A DNA stretch of 64,000 nt from a virus (lineage: Duplodnaviria; Caudoviricetes), in IMG/VR virus record IMGVR_UViG_2636415525_000002, positions 1 to 64,000 of that record. One strand, given 5' to 3'. The notes beneath the pieces are model-generated. The model did no database searches. It was not told where the DNA came from and saw only the letters and a list, made by a program, of their open reading frames with translations. Positions 57,054-64,000 of this stretch are shown piece by piece. Numbering within the stretch: the stretch's first letter is position 1; each line of letters opens with the position of its first letter. The translations under genes and the position numbers were made by a program.

Positions 57054-57602
57054 ATGCGTGAGCTGCCGATTGAGTATCTTCGCGAGTGCCTTGATTACGA
57101 CCCGCAATCGGGTCATCTGACATGGCGAGTCCGCCCCGAGTCCCACTTCAGCACCAAGTCCGTCGCACAACGCTTCAACAGCTTGTATGCGGGAAAAATT
57201 GCGGGCGGCCGCGTAGCGAACGGCTATCTCATGCTTCCGTTCAAGGACGAAAACGGCAAGCGGGTGATGGTCTACGCTCACCGAATTGCGTTCGCACTTC
57301 ACCATGGCCGATTCCCGGTTGCTGAAATCGATCACGTCAATGGCATTAAAGAAGACAACCGCGCGGAGAATCTTCGAGAAGCAACGCGCCTAAAGAACGC
57401 GGCCAATACTGTCTTCGACTACGACAACATGCGCGGCACGAAGCGACGCGGCGACAGGTGGCTTGCGCAAATCAGCCATCGAGGCGAGAACGTCTACCTA
57501 GGCTCCTACGACACTGAAGCCGAGGCATACGCTGCATTTTGTGGTGCCGCCACTCTCGCGCGACGAGAATTTGCGAAGCTCACACACACGCGAGACGACT
57601 AG
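57054..57602 (+). CDS. HNH homing endonuclease with AP2-like domain
   Basis: YAHRIAF, IDHVNGIKEDNRAENLR and WLAQI...YLGSYDT. Confidence 0.88.
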   Translation: MRELPIEYLRECLDYDPQSGHLTWRVRPESHFSTKSVAQRFNSLYAGKIAGGRVANGYLMLPFKDENGKRVMVYAHRIAFALHHGRFPVAEIDHVNGIKEDNRAENLREATRLKNAANTVFDYDNMRGTKRRGDRWLAQISHRGENVYLGSYDTEAEAYAAFCGAATLARREFAKLTHTRDD

Positions 57603-58039
57603 TACTGACCCAGCAGACTGTCGATCTTGATCGAGTCGAAGACCCATTCGAGGATGTCGCCGTCCTTCGCGTACTTGATGTCCGGCACCTTCTTGAACGC
57701 GCAGCTGCGCGCGGTATGGAGGTCGCCGGCCGCCGACTGCCCCACCTCGATCAGATTCTTTCCCCACAAGCGGCTGTCGAGCTGCTGCGCGTCGTACAGC
57801 GCCATCAGCTTCGCGTTGATCGGTGCCGTCTTGAGGTATCGGAGCGTGACCTGACCGGATTTGTCGGCGTGCAGGCTGTGCATGCCCTCGCCATCCGAGC
57901 CGATCGTCATCGTGTTCTTGTCGCCCGCGCGCACGATCGTGATGCCTTCTTCTGCGGTCGCTTCGCCGTAGCCGAGCGAGAACGCGCCGCCCGGGCCGAC
58001 GATCGTCGCCGTGACGTCCTGAAAGCTGTAAGTCGCCAT
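57599..58039 (-). CDS. Tail tube protein (DUF3277-like)
   Basis: MATYSFQDV and GSDGEGMHS. Follows the sheath gene. Confidence 0.85.
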   Translation of the reverse strand: MATYSFQDVTATIVGPGGAFSLGYGEATAEEGITIVRAGDKNTMTIGSDGEGMHSLHADKSGQVTLRYLKTAPINAKLMALYDAQQLDSRLWGKNLIEVGQSAAGDLHTARSCAFKKVPDIKYAKDGDILEWVFDSIKIDSLLGQY

Positions 58040-58054
58040 GTTGAGATGCCCCTG

Positions 58055-59530
58055 TTAGCGGTTAACGTTGACGAGGATGTCGGCGCCGTGGATCGCGCCG
58101 GCTTCCTTCGCCGCGACCTGGAACGTGACGGACTTACGCGCCTCGCGATCCGCCTGCGACTGCGTCGCGATGGGCGGTGCGTAGACGTAGTAACCCTTCG
58201 CGAGCGTGTCGCCTTGGTTCAGTGCGCCGAAGCCAGCCGAATTCCAGACACCGGGCGCTAGGTAGCCGTTGTTCACCGCCGCCTCACACGCAGCCGAAAT
58301 GGTCGCCGCGATCAGCGCGTTGCCGCCGTCGGTCTGCGGGATCTTCGTCGGGCTCTGGTACAGCAGGTTGTAGACGTCCGTCTCGATGCGGTTGCGGAAC
58401 CAGATCGCGTTGTAGACGGAGTCGGCGAACAGCCCGCTCGGCGTCACGCCGTACTGGATGATCGACGTGTCGTTGCTGTAGTTCACGAACACGTTGCAGT
58501 TCTTCGCCTGCAGCGCGTTCGCCTGCGTGCTGGTGAGCTGCTCGGCAGCAACGCTCGGCTCCTGCTTGAACATGAGCGTGATCGTCGTGTTGTTGCCGTC
58601 GAAGTTCACCGTCAGCAGCCGGCCGAGCAGCGACGACACCGCGTACGGCGTCGAGCTCGAGTACTGGATGATCGTGTACTTCAGCTTCAGCGCCTTCAGC
58701 TTGCTCGCGATGTCGGTCGACACGGTCGAGTCGAGCACCTGCGGGTTTTGCGTCGTGATGCCGTAGATGTGCCGCTGGTCGGCTTCGATGAGGTTCGCGA
58801 CCGCGATGTGTTGATCGTCGGTGATCGATGCGTCCACGAAGTCGAGGCCGAGGAACTGGTTCGAGAAGCGATCGAGGAACAGCGCGGCCGCGTCGACGGG
58901 CTGCTCGGGCGCGATGCCGTCCGCCGGCACGCCGGCGAGGTTGCTCGTGAGGCCGAGCATCGCCGAGATGTCGGTACCGCTGCCCGGCGCCGTCGCATAA
59001 CCGACCTTCGAGTTCGTGCCGGTGGTGTTCGACGTCACGACGAATTGCGAGCCGGTCCACGCGATCGTCGCGCCCGTGAGCTTCGCATTGATGGCGCTCG
59101 CGACACCATTCAGATTCGTCTGGGCCGAGAAGTCGAGGCCGCTGACGGTCTTCGCAGCGCCGTCGATCGTGATGCTGAACGCGCCAGTGGTCACCGCTTC
59201 CCACAGCGCGATGTCCTGCTGCGCGGCTGACAGCACGCCACCGCGAAGCGAGCCGGACGTTGCCGTCTTCGCCCACCGGCCGATCATCAGCTGTTGCGGC
59301 TGCGGCACCTGGTTGAAGTAGAGCGCTGCGGCGAAGTACTCCGGCGTGTTCGTGCCGAAGTCGGCTGTCACCTCGTCGATGCCGCCGTACGTGCGCGCGC
59401 GCTCGTTCGTATCGATGACGGCCGACGGGCCGAGAATCAGCCCGGTGTTCATGTTCGCGCCCTGCGCCGCGAGCGCGGCGAGGTTGATCGTCACGTTGAT
59501 CAGGCGCGATACCGGCAATCCGTTGGACAT
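58055..59530 (-). CDS. Tail sheath protein (DUF3383-like)
   Basis: DFG...PEY.AA.LYF.Q.PQP, KIPQTD.G, REARK and GAIH. Confidence 0.88.
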   Translation of the reverse strand: MSNGLPVSRLINVTINLAALAAQGANMNTGLILGPSAVIDTNERARTYGGIDEVTADFGTNTPEYFAAALYFNQVPQPQQLMIGRWAKTATSGSLRGGVLSAAQQDIALWEAVTTGAFSITIDGAAKTVSGLDFSAQTNLNGVASAINAKLTGATIAWTGSQFVVTSNTTGTNSKVGYATAPGSGTDISAMLGLTSNLAGVPADGIAPEQPVDAAALFLDRFSNQFLGLDFVDASITDDQHIAVANLIEADQRHIYGITTQNPQVLDSTVSTDIASKLKALKLKYTIIQYSSSTPYAVSSLLGRLLTVNFDGNNTTITLMFKQEPSVAAEQLTSTQANALQAKNCNVFVNYSNDTSIIQYGVTPSGLFADSVYNAIWFRNRIETDVYNLLYQSPTKIPQTDGGNALIAATISAACEAAVNNGYLAPGVWNSAGFGALNQGDTLAKGYYVYAPPIATQSQADREARKSVTFQVAAKEAGAIHGADILVNVNR

Positions 59531-59539
59531 GCTGGTCCC

Positions 59540-60130
59540 CTACGAGTGGATGTTCGAAACGCCGGCCACGGGCGTCGACGAGTCGGTCGTCGTCGCCACG
59601 ATGGCCGATTTCAGGTTGAGGACCGAATAGGTCCGGGTGATCTTGCGGCGCAGCGTCACGGTCATGTCATAGCGCCGCACCCACTGCTGATTGACAAAGT
59701 CCGGCACCGGGCGGATCGCGCTGACGCCGACGAATGCCATGTCCTGCAGTTGGAGCTGCTCGCGGTTCTGCGGGATCGCGAGACCGTCGGCGAGACGCTG
59801 CGCGTAACCCTTCGCGCGCGGGCCGTAGAACGTGCATAGGACGTCTATGTCCTGGTGGCGGATGTACGTGTCGTGCCCGTCGCCAGTGCCGTCGTGCTGG
59901 ATCGCCGGCGCGGCGTCCGGCTCCTGCTCCTGCACGCCGAACGCGCACCAGTCGACGGACGGCTCGGGCTGCTTCGGGACGGTGGGCTGCCAACGCGGCC
60001 GCACGAGGTCGCCGGGGAGCGCCGTGATGCCTGCGATCAGGTCGTGGACGAGATCGTCGAGGGCGTCATCCTCGGCCGGCGGCGCATCGACGGCTGGCGC
60101 CAGATATCCGCCGGTCGAGCTGTCGGTCAT
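59540..60130 (-). CDS. Neck/tail terminator protein
   Basis: DSSTGGYL, VRPRWQ and RRYD. Head-tail position. Confidence 0.75.
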   Translation of the reverse strand: MTDSSTGGYLAPAVDAPPAEDDALDDLVHDLIAGITALPGDLVRPRWQPTVPKQPEPSVDWCAFGVQEQEPDAAPAIQHDGTGDGHDTYIRHQDIDVLCTFYGPRAKGYAQRLADGLAIPQNREQLQLQDMAFVGVSAIRPVPDFVNQQWVRRYDMTVTLRRKITRTYSVLNLKSAIVATTTDSSTPVAGVSNIHS

Positions 60131-60134
60131 AGGG

Positions 60135-60506
60135 TCATCCCGAGAGAGGTTTCAGGTCGCACGTGGCGCATACGAAGCCGCGGCCGAAGTGCGAGTAGTC
60201 GTTCACGTTCACGACGGTGTAGGTGCGGCCCGCCCACACGACTTCGTCGGCGTCCTGACCGAGACTGCCGTCCAACAGCCGGAACGTCGTGTGCAGCGTG
60301 ATCGAGCCGATGATTCGGCTGCCGTCCGCATTGCGGTGCAGGATGTCGCCCTTGTCGCTCGTCACGACCGCGGCGAACGGCGTCGACGCCGCCGTGTTCT
60401 GCCCGCGGCCGTGGCCGTCGACTGTCTGCGTCATTCGATTGCAGATCAGGCCCGTGTCCATGAAATCCGGATCGAGTAGGACCTCGGTTGCGTCGAGGAA
60501 GGCCAT
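60135..60506 (-). CDS. Head closure protein
   Basis: LLDPDF, ADEVVW.G..Y.V and FGRGF. Confidence 0.7.
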   Translation of the reverse strand: MAFLDATEVLLDPDFMDTGLICNRMTQTVDGHGRGQNTAASTPFAAVVTSDKGDILHRNADGSRIIGSITLHTTFRLLDGSLGQDADEVVWAGRTYTVVNVNDYSHFGRGFVCATCDLKPLSG

Positions 60507-60522
60507 AGTGAGCGCACCAACG

Positions 60523-60548
60523 AAAAAGGGCCGCGCATGGCGGCCCTT
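60523..60548 (-). terminator. Terminator-like hairpin within the late operon
   Basis: Minus strand AAGGGCCGCCATGCGCGGCCCTTTTT. Confidence 0.6.
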
Positions 60549-60567
60549 GGAGCTGTGAGACTGGAAA

Positions 60568-61047
60568 CTACTTCTTGTGGACCACGTACGTGATCGCGTT
60601 TCGATACTGAGCGGTGTCGACCAGCGTGTTCTCTCGCGTGACGCCGCGGCGCCGGCGCGCGGCCAGCGTCGAGTCAGCGAGTTTGGGCGGGATGTTGCTG
60701 TTGATCTTCGCGCGCACGCCGTTTTGCCCGGCGAGACCGGCCAGCTTCAGCCTGCGCTCGACCTGTTCGAGATCGCCGTCGAGCGCCGCTTCGACGCCCT
60801 TCTGGAGCTGCGGCTCGAACTTCGGCCGCGCGTCCTGCACGCCGGGCACCAGGTGCGGGCGCGCCGGGATGTTGTTGGCCGGCGAACCGTTTTCCATGAT
60901 GTAGCCGATCTCGGCGTTGCTGAGCGGCTCGCCTTCGTTCTTCCGTCCGGCGGTGCTGTCGGGCACGCCGACGAGCACCTCCTTCTTCACGAGCCCGCTG
61001 ATCGACTTCAGCACCTCGTCGAGGCGGTCGATTTTCATGCCGTCCAT
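60568..61047 (-). CDS. Neck / tail completion protein
   Basis: VLVGVP, ENGSP..NIPARP and LVDT..YRNAITY. Confidence 0.78.
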   Translation of the reverse strand: MDGMKIDRLDEVLKSISGLVKKEVLVGVPDSTAGRKNEGEPLSNAEIGYIMENGSPANNIPARPHLVPGVQDARPKFEPQLQKGVEAALDGDLEQVERRLKLAGLAGQNGVRAKINSNIPPKLADSTLAARRRRGVTRENTLVDTAQYRNAITYVVHKK

Positions 61048-61075
61048 GGGATTCTCCCGATGGGCGGCGGCAGCG

Positions 61076-61459
61076 TTACAGCTGAATGCCGCCCGAGCCC
61101 ATCATCTGCGCGAGGCTGAGATAGCGAACGCCGTACATCGTGGCGTTCCAGAAACCGCCGTCCTTGATGGCGACAGCCGCGGTGTCGTAGCTCGCGCTCA
61201 CCTTGTCGACGGCCTTCGACGACTGCGGCCCGGTCACCTGCCCGGGCACGCCGCCGACTGCGGCCGTCTTCTGGTCCTTAAGCGCGAGCGCGAGGTGGTG
61301 CGCGGTGACCAGCGCGACACCCAGATCCGTCAGCTCGCGCCACCGATCAGCATTGACTAGCGAGACCGCGACCGTCATCCAAAACTGGACGAGGGAGTCG
61401 GGGTACGTCGTCGTGTCGTTGAACTCGGGAAACGATTGTCGGAACTGGGCGATATCCAC
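61076..61459 (-). CDS. Head-tail connector (DUF4054-like)
   Basis: FRQSFPEF, AHHLAL and WNATMYG. Confidence 0.82.
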   Translation of the reverse strand: MDIAQFRQSFPEFNDTTTYPDSLVQFWMTVAVSLVNADRWRELTDLGVALVTAHHLALALKDQKTAAVGGVPGQVTGPQSSKAVDKVSASYDTAAVAIKDGGFWNATMYGVRYLSLAQMMGSGGIQL

Positions 61460-61522
61460 GTGTCACCTTGCCAAAATGCGGATGCCCGGCGCGCGCCTGC
61501 ATGGCGCGGCGCCGGGAGGCCA

Positions 61523-61990
61523 TTATGCCTTCTTCCCGCTGCTGGACTTCTGGTTGGCGCCGTCGGCTGCGCCATCCTTCGCAGCGGCCGCGGCGTCCTT
61601 CTGGGCTGCCTCGAAGGCCGCGACCCGCGCGGCGAGATCCTGCTCGCTCGCCGCGACCGCAGCTTCGCGCGTGTCGAGCGCGGCCGCGCGGTCGTCCAGC
61701 CCCTTGCCGAACGTATCGAGCTCGGTGCGCAGCCTTTCAAGCCGGTCCGACTCGGCCTGGAGATCGGACTTCGCCGCGGCGAGCGCCGCAGCCTGATCGG
61801 TCGCGCCGCCTTGCGAGTCACCCACATCGCCGGACTTCTCCGGCAGCGGGCCCGTGTGCGCCTTCGCGTACCAGTGCTCGGCGATGAAGTCCTCGACCTC
61901 CTGTACGCCGGCCTCGACACGCCGGACGACTTCCTCGCCCTCGTGCACCAGCCGAATCGTGAACGCCGTCAGAACGTTGATCTTCGCCAT
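61523..61990 (-). CDS. Phage protein following the major capsid gene
   Basis: HWYAKAH motif and a coiled-coil C-terminus. Confidence 0.7.
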   Translation of the reverse strand: MAKINVLTAFTIRLVHEGEEVVRRVEAGVQEVEDFIAEHWYAKAHTGPLPEKSGDVGDSQGGATDQAAALAAAKSDLQAESDRLERLRTELDTFGKGLDDRAAALDTREAAVAASEQDLAARVAAFEAAQKDAAAAAKDGAADGANQKSSSGKKA

Positions 61991-61991
61991 G

Positions 61992-63083
61992 TCAGATCCC
62001 GTCCCGGTAAGCAGCCGTCGTGCCGTAGCGCCATTCGACGCGGCCGATACGCGACCAGTAGGTCGTGATCTGGAACAGCGAGCGGTACTCGAGCGGCGTG
62101 CGCTGCAGGTCCGTCATCGGGAACTGGACGTACTTCTTGTCGCTGTTGTACGCGACCATCCGGTCTACGGTGTTGAGCTGGCCCTGCGTGCCGCCAGCGC
62201 CGGCGCCGATCAGCCACTTCAGCTCGAGGATTTCGAGCGGCGTACCTTGCTGCGTGCAGATGTTGTTCTCGAGCAGGTAAGTCAGGATCGACTTGTTACC
62301 GGCGTCGCTGACGATCTGCGAAGCTGCCCAACCCAGCTTTGCGGGCGGCAACATGAGGCGGTTCGGCTTCACCTTCCAGCCGGACGCTTGCCATGCCGAC
62401 GTCAGGATCTCGTTGACGTCCTTGAGGATCTCCTTCGGCGTCTTCGTCTCCCACTGCGGGGTACCGGCCGCGCCGTTCGCCACGTTCGAAACGCTCCCGA
62501 CCGCGCCGACCGAATTCACCAAGCCGGTGAAGTTCATCTGCGGATCGCCGTAGTAGACGATCTGGTCGAGGTCCATGTTGCGCTTCATGTTCATCGCCTC
62601 GACCTTCTGCGAGTCGATGGGCATGCCGAGCGCTTGTGACTTGATCAACTCGGGCACCGTGTACTTGACTTCGGCGCCCCAGAGCAGCATCGGTTGTGCG
62701 GTCTTGCCGATGTCGACCGACGGGCCTGCCAGCGCGTTGCCCTCGTTCGAGATCCAGTTCAGCCCGTTCGGGTTGATGCCGCCGCTCATCCCGAACGCCG
62801 AGTTCGTGAACGACGCGACTTCGTCGGCCGCCGACACGTCGCTGCGAATGTAGATGTCGCGCGACCACGTGTACTCGACGAGCGGCTCGTTGAGCGTCGG
62901 GTCGAGGCGTTCGAGCTGGCCGACGAGGAACGCGCCGGTCGAGTCGATCGTCGCGCGATCGTAGGTGTATTGCTGGTCCTGCGTGCGCGCGCGGACGAGT
63001 CGGCGCGTCGCGTCCGCAACGGCCGCCGACATCGGGATCGACGCCCCGGCCCGGCGCAGGTGCTTCAGTTCGGACATGTCCAT
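61992..63083 (-). CDS. Major capsid protein (DUF2184-like)
   Basis: QLERLD, TWSRDI, YTVPEL, GL.N and YRDGI C-terminus. Confidence 0.88.
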   Translation of the reverse strand: MDMSELKHLRRAGASIPMSAAVADATRRLVRARTQDQQYTYDRATIDSTGAFLVGQLERLDPTLNEPLVEYTWSRDIYIRSDVSAADEVASFTNSAFGMSGGINPNGLNWISNEGNALAGPSVDIGKTAQPMLLWGAEVKYTVPELIKSQALGMPIDSQKVEAMNMKRNMDLDQIVYYGDPQMNFTGLVNSVGAVGSVSNVANGAAGTPQWETKTPKEILKDVNEILTSAWQASGWKVKPNRLMLPPAKLGWAASQIVSDAGNKSILTYLLENNICTQQGTPLEILELKWLIGAGAGGTQGQLNTVDRMVAYNSDKKYVQFPMTDLQRTPLEYRSLFQITTYWSRIGRVEWRYGTTAAYRDGI

Positions 63084-63102
63084 GTAATGGCTCCAGAAAT
63101 GC

Positions 63103-63126
63103 AAAAGCCCCGCGGTTGCGGGGCTT
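63103..63126 (-). terminator. Terminator-like hairpin upstream of the capsid gene
   Basis: Minus strand AAGCCCCGCAACCGCGGGGCTTTT. Confidence 0.6.
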
Positions 63127-63153
63127 CGGGGTGAAGCGCTGTTCAGCGCCGGA

Positions 63154-63660
63154 TCAGATGTTGACGGCGATTTCGGCGATGCCGTACGAGTCGGCCGGGC
63201 CGGTGAAATACCAATTCGCCGGCATCGCGACGGTGTTCGTGCCGTCCGCCGCCGCCTCGAAACCGCCGAGCGGCTTGCCGGCAGCTGCGGCCGCGACGCG
63301 CACATACACCGTGCCGTTCTTCGTGGCCGGCGCGGTGCCGCCCAGAACGACATCGACGTAGCCGCGCTTCAGGATGTCGGTCGGACCGCTGGTCGGCGGC
63401 GTCGACGTGCCGAGCGGGTCCGTGCCGTTGCCCTGGATCGGGTACGCACGCAGATTCACGCCATACACGGTGTCGGCCGTGTCAGCCGCGTTGTTGATCG
63501 GCTGAATCTTGCCGTTCACCATTTTCACGGGAACGCCGAACGCCGTCGGCGGTGCTGCCGGGTCGATCAGCTGCGTTTCGATCGTGGCGACTTCAGCACG
63601 CTGGAGATCGCCGGCAAAACCTGCCGGCATGCGGTATTGATAAGCTTGCAACGAGGGCAT
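63154..63660 (-). CDS. Capsid cement/decoration protein
   Basis: RMPAGFAG, ILKRGY and VYVRVA. Located between the protease/scaffold and capsid genes. Confidence 0.75.
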   Translation of the reverse strand: MPSLQAYQYRMPAGFAGDLQRAEVATIETQLIDPAAPPTAFGVPVKMVNGKIQPINNAADTADTVYGVNLRAYPIQGNGTDPLGTSTPPTSGPTDILKRGYVDVVLGGTAPATKNGTVYVRVAAAAAGKPLGGFEAAADGTNTVAMPANWYFTGPADSYGIAEIAVNI

Positions 63661-63669
63661 GTCGGCTCC

Positions 63670-64000
63670 TTACTTGCGGACCTTCCAGAATTCCGCGTGG
63701 ATTGCGTTGATGTCTTTCCGCTCGGCCTGAGCGGAATCGTTCGTCCGGCGCTGTGTGACTCCGGAGTTCTTGCTGCGCACGATCTCCGACGCTGCATTGA
63801 AGAACGCCGTCACGGAATCGCAGGTCATGTTCGCGACGTTCGCGCCGCCGACCACCGACTTGACCAGTTCGGCGTTCTCGTTGTCCAGCGCGGCGCGCAG
63901 CGCGCGGCGGCGCAGCACGCAGATGGCGTCGACCGTCTTCTTGCGGACCGCCTTCGCATCGAACGTCGGCAGTCGAACGCCCGGCGCGAGGATCTCGGCG
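63670..64000 (-). CDS. C-terminus of prohead protease/scaffold (DUF2213-like), partial
   Basis: Frame open to the window edge (AEILAPG...FFNAASE...FWK), in the expected position. Confidence 0.6.
   Translation of the reverse strand, partial: AEILAPGVRLPTFDAKAVRKKTVDAICVLRRRALRAALDNENAELVKSVVGGANVANMTCDSVTAFFNAASEIVRSKNSGVTQRRTNDSAQAERKDINAIHAEFWKVRK

Larger units (their letters stand above)
39609..64000 (-). mobile_element. Prophage (contractile-tailed), late region, continuing beyond the window
   Basis: Ordered head, neck, sheath, tube, tape measure, baseplate, fibre and lysis genes ending at the tRNA att duplication. Confidence 0.93.

Noticed and set aside
1-64000. CRISPR array or cas genes
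   Set aside because: No 25-45-bp repeats with unique spacers seen. The repeats at 32673 and 38061 are short tandem units.

Overview
GC-rich betaproteobacterial DNA, most likely Burkholderia (inferred from the NELYN-type CdiA and the prophage and IS types), in three blocks. (1) 1-9444: a complete CdiA/BcpA contact-dependent inhibition exoprotein on the minus strand, with a PD-(D/E)xK-like C-terminal toxin. (2) About 9.9-39.5 kb: a genomic island. Its left arm carries DUF932, a YqaJ exonuclease, a Gp3-like protein and DUF4942. Its right arm carries an inovirus-Gp2-like protein, an AAA ATPase, an excisionase-like HTH and an IS66. Between the arms is a cargo hotspot: a UG/Abi-type reverse transcriptase, a highly structured ~165-nt intergenic RNA with its own promoter and a SLATT membrane effector (a DRT10/UG17-like defence locus), then a K-channel-like membrane protein, a DUF3800 pseudogene, an uncharacterised Ser/Thr kinase + SF1 helicase + unknown 3-gene operon, a tRNA(CAT) and an H-NS homologue. 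(3) 39.6-64 kb: after a 45-bp tRNA-Arg(TCT) 3' duplication (att site), the lysis, tail, baseplate and head genes of a contractile-tailed prophage. The prophage carries several morons (SGNH + acyltransferase, HigBA, a HEPN two-gene cassette, HNH) and an ISL3. The best candidates for new biology are the RT-ncRNA-SLATT locus, the kinase-helicase operon and the HEPN cassette. All family calls come from motif recognition by eye, with no database searches.
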